NCBI RefSeq assembly: GCF_018350175.1
Contig: NC_058368.1
Coordinates: 207,082,001 to 207,146,000 of the forward strand
Direction of reading: 5' to 3'
Source: Felis catus
Taxonomy: Eukaryota
Length of the DNA stretch: 64,000 nucleotides
In this document: positions 62,338 to 64,000 of the stretch, one piece after another
Layout: each line of letters begins with the position of its first letter
Numbering within the stretch: position 1 is the stretch's first letter
Made by a program: the position numbers and the translations under genes
Notes under the pieces: generated by a model
What the model was told of the DNA's origin: nothing
What the model saw: the letters and a program-made list of their open reading frames with translations, nothing else
Database searches by the model: none

Positions 62338-62560
62338 TACGGTGGTGATATTAATAGAGATGACTTTGGAGCCAGAAAGATCTAAGCTCAGAGTCCAAGT
62401 CTGTCCCTTACTTAGCATGACTCAGCTTTTTTTTTTTTTTTTTCCATCTCTAAAATGGGGACGGTAACAATCCTTAACTTTAGAATACTGCTGAGAGGAT
62501 TAAGTGGGGGAACCTAATGTAGAATGCTGGCACATGGGAATAATTTGATAAATGTTTCAG
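62338..62560 (+). mobile_element. MIR
   Basis: gactttggagccagaaaga...catctctaaaatgggga...gagaggattaagtg...tggcacatgg. Confidence 0.85.
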
Positions 62561-62715
62561 TAAAAGGAATAGTGGAAGCTAAGGTTGCAAAGGAAGTGTG
62601 ATACATTGCAGGCAAAACAATAAAAGGGGTCCTTTGGCTATAATACAATTATATATTGTATAAATTATAAGAGATGCCTTCTATAAATAATTTCTGAGCT
62701 TACAAAAAGAAAGGA

Positions 62716-62914
62716 GGGACACCTGGGTAGCTCAGTGGGTTGAGTGTCCAACTCTTGATTTTGGCTCAGGTCATGATCTCAGGGTCGAGGGACTGAGCCC
62801 CGTGTCCGGCTCCATGCTGAGCCTGGAACCTGCTTAAGATTCTCTCTCTTTCCCTCTGCCCCTCTATCCTGCTCATGTACACTCTCTTGCTCCTCTTAAA
62901 TTAAAAAAATTAAA
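62716..62914 (+). mobile_element. Older Can-SINE
   Basis: gggacacctgggtagctcagtgggttgag head; TSD aagaaagga. Confidence 0.93.
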
Positions 62915-63399
62915 GAAGAAAGGAAAATATCTAAAGGCAGAGAAGAAAATGATGAAGAAAGAGAATGAGGAGATGAAAGGGAAGAAAGAGGAACAGAAAA
63001 GGAGAAGAAGGAGATGACTTTAGACTGACAAAAATATTGACAATGGCACTGAGGGAAGCCAAAAGAAAATATAATAAAAAGTTTAACATTTTGCTGGGAA
63101 ATATATGTTAATCTGAATTTGTGACCCACAAGCAACTATCAGTCCAGAATTAGAATATAAATAAGATGTTTTTCTCAGATAAACACATAAATGAGATAAT
63201 TAGCCACTCTTAGGTCTACTTTAAGAAAAAAATAATTGTCCTAGAGGGAATAAGAAAGGTCTCTGAAATGAATGGCAAGCAAAGGCACAATTTAGTATGT
63301 ATGTAAATCTAAAGTGACTGTGCCTTTAGAATTAATACTCTTGCTGCTATTATTACTTCTTATTGTCATTATTTTTATTAAAGAAGAGAAGCTGTTAGA

Positions 63400-64000
63400 G
63401 ACATAAACTGGTAGGAATACTTCAGTGGTAATTTTGACAAGTTTCTGGAGGCAGACTCTGGACTAGTCTTAGAGTAAGGAATCTTTGGGGGTTGCAATCT
63501 TAGGGAGTCCCCCACATTTTCATTGGTTTACCTTTAATAACCTCACCATATTCTCATGATGAAGTTCCTAGAAAGATACCCTCTAGGCTTGGGCAGGAAG
63601 AAGGGAAGAGGAATCATTGTGATACAAGTCTAGATAATTCTCTATTTAAAAAGCCTATTCTATAGGGAAAAGATTTTGCCAAAGCTTTATCCCAGCCCAA
63701 GGCTATTTCTGCCATTACAGCCCCTTCTAGACTTTTTTTTTTAATGTTAAGAGGAGAAAAGCTATATCACTTGAGAAATACTTGTGAAATCCATAACACA
63801 GAGACCCAGACCAACTAAACAACTGAGATTTAATCCCAACATTATAGAACACTTCCAGTCTCCCACAGCTGACCACCATGTCGACAGGGCTCTGGTGTAA
63901 TAACAGTGGTAACAGCCGAAAGTGCTGGAAGACACAGACTCCCTCAGAGAAGGAATACTTAAGAGAAGACCAGAACCAAGAGGAGAGACAAAAAGGTGAG
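63400..64000 (+). mobile_element. Probable old L1 5' region (L1MC/L1M 5end-like), running off the window
   Basis: ggagtcccccacattttcattgg, ctgagatttaatcccaacattatagaacacttcc, gtaataacagtgg motifs recalled from old L1 5' ends. Confidence 0.55.

Noticed and set aside
1..64000. CRISPR array, operons or prokaryotic defence systems
   Set aside because: Sequence is mammalian; no regularly spaced repeat-spacer array and no long ORFs

Overview
Eukaryotic, AT-rich, repeat-dense non-coding DNA from a carnivore, almost certainly a cat-family (Felidae) genome: several SINEs match the young felid SINEC_Fc type (GGGGCGCCTGGGTGGCGCAGTCGGTTAAGCGTCCGACTTCAGCCAGGTCACGATCTCGCGG...). I count 32 Can-SINE copies, most with readable target-site duplications (TSDs). 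There are also decayed L1/HAL1, L2 and MIR fragments, MaLR/ERVL LTRs, an ERV1-type solo LTR, an ERV-L remnant (LTR + PBS + gag), hAT DNA-transposon fossils and several microsatellites. I cannot support any protein-coding gene, tRNA/rRNA or CRISPR array; the supplied ORFs are mostly read-throughs of repeats. The window looks intergenic or deep intronic. I found no convincing novel biological system. The most noteworthy structures are a young ~52-bp fold-back inverted duplication around a (TA)n tract, an old ~100-bp locally templated insertion inside an L1, repeated SINE insertion at one target site, a few isolated + strand exon-like/microexon-like signals and some enhancer-like motif clusters. 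Repeat family names come from my recollection of consensus sequences, not a database search, and boundaries of old repeats are approximate.
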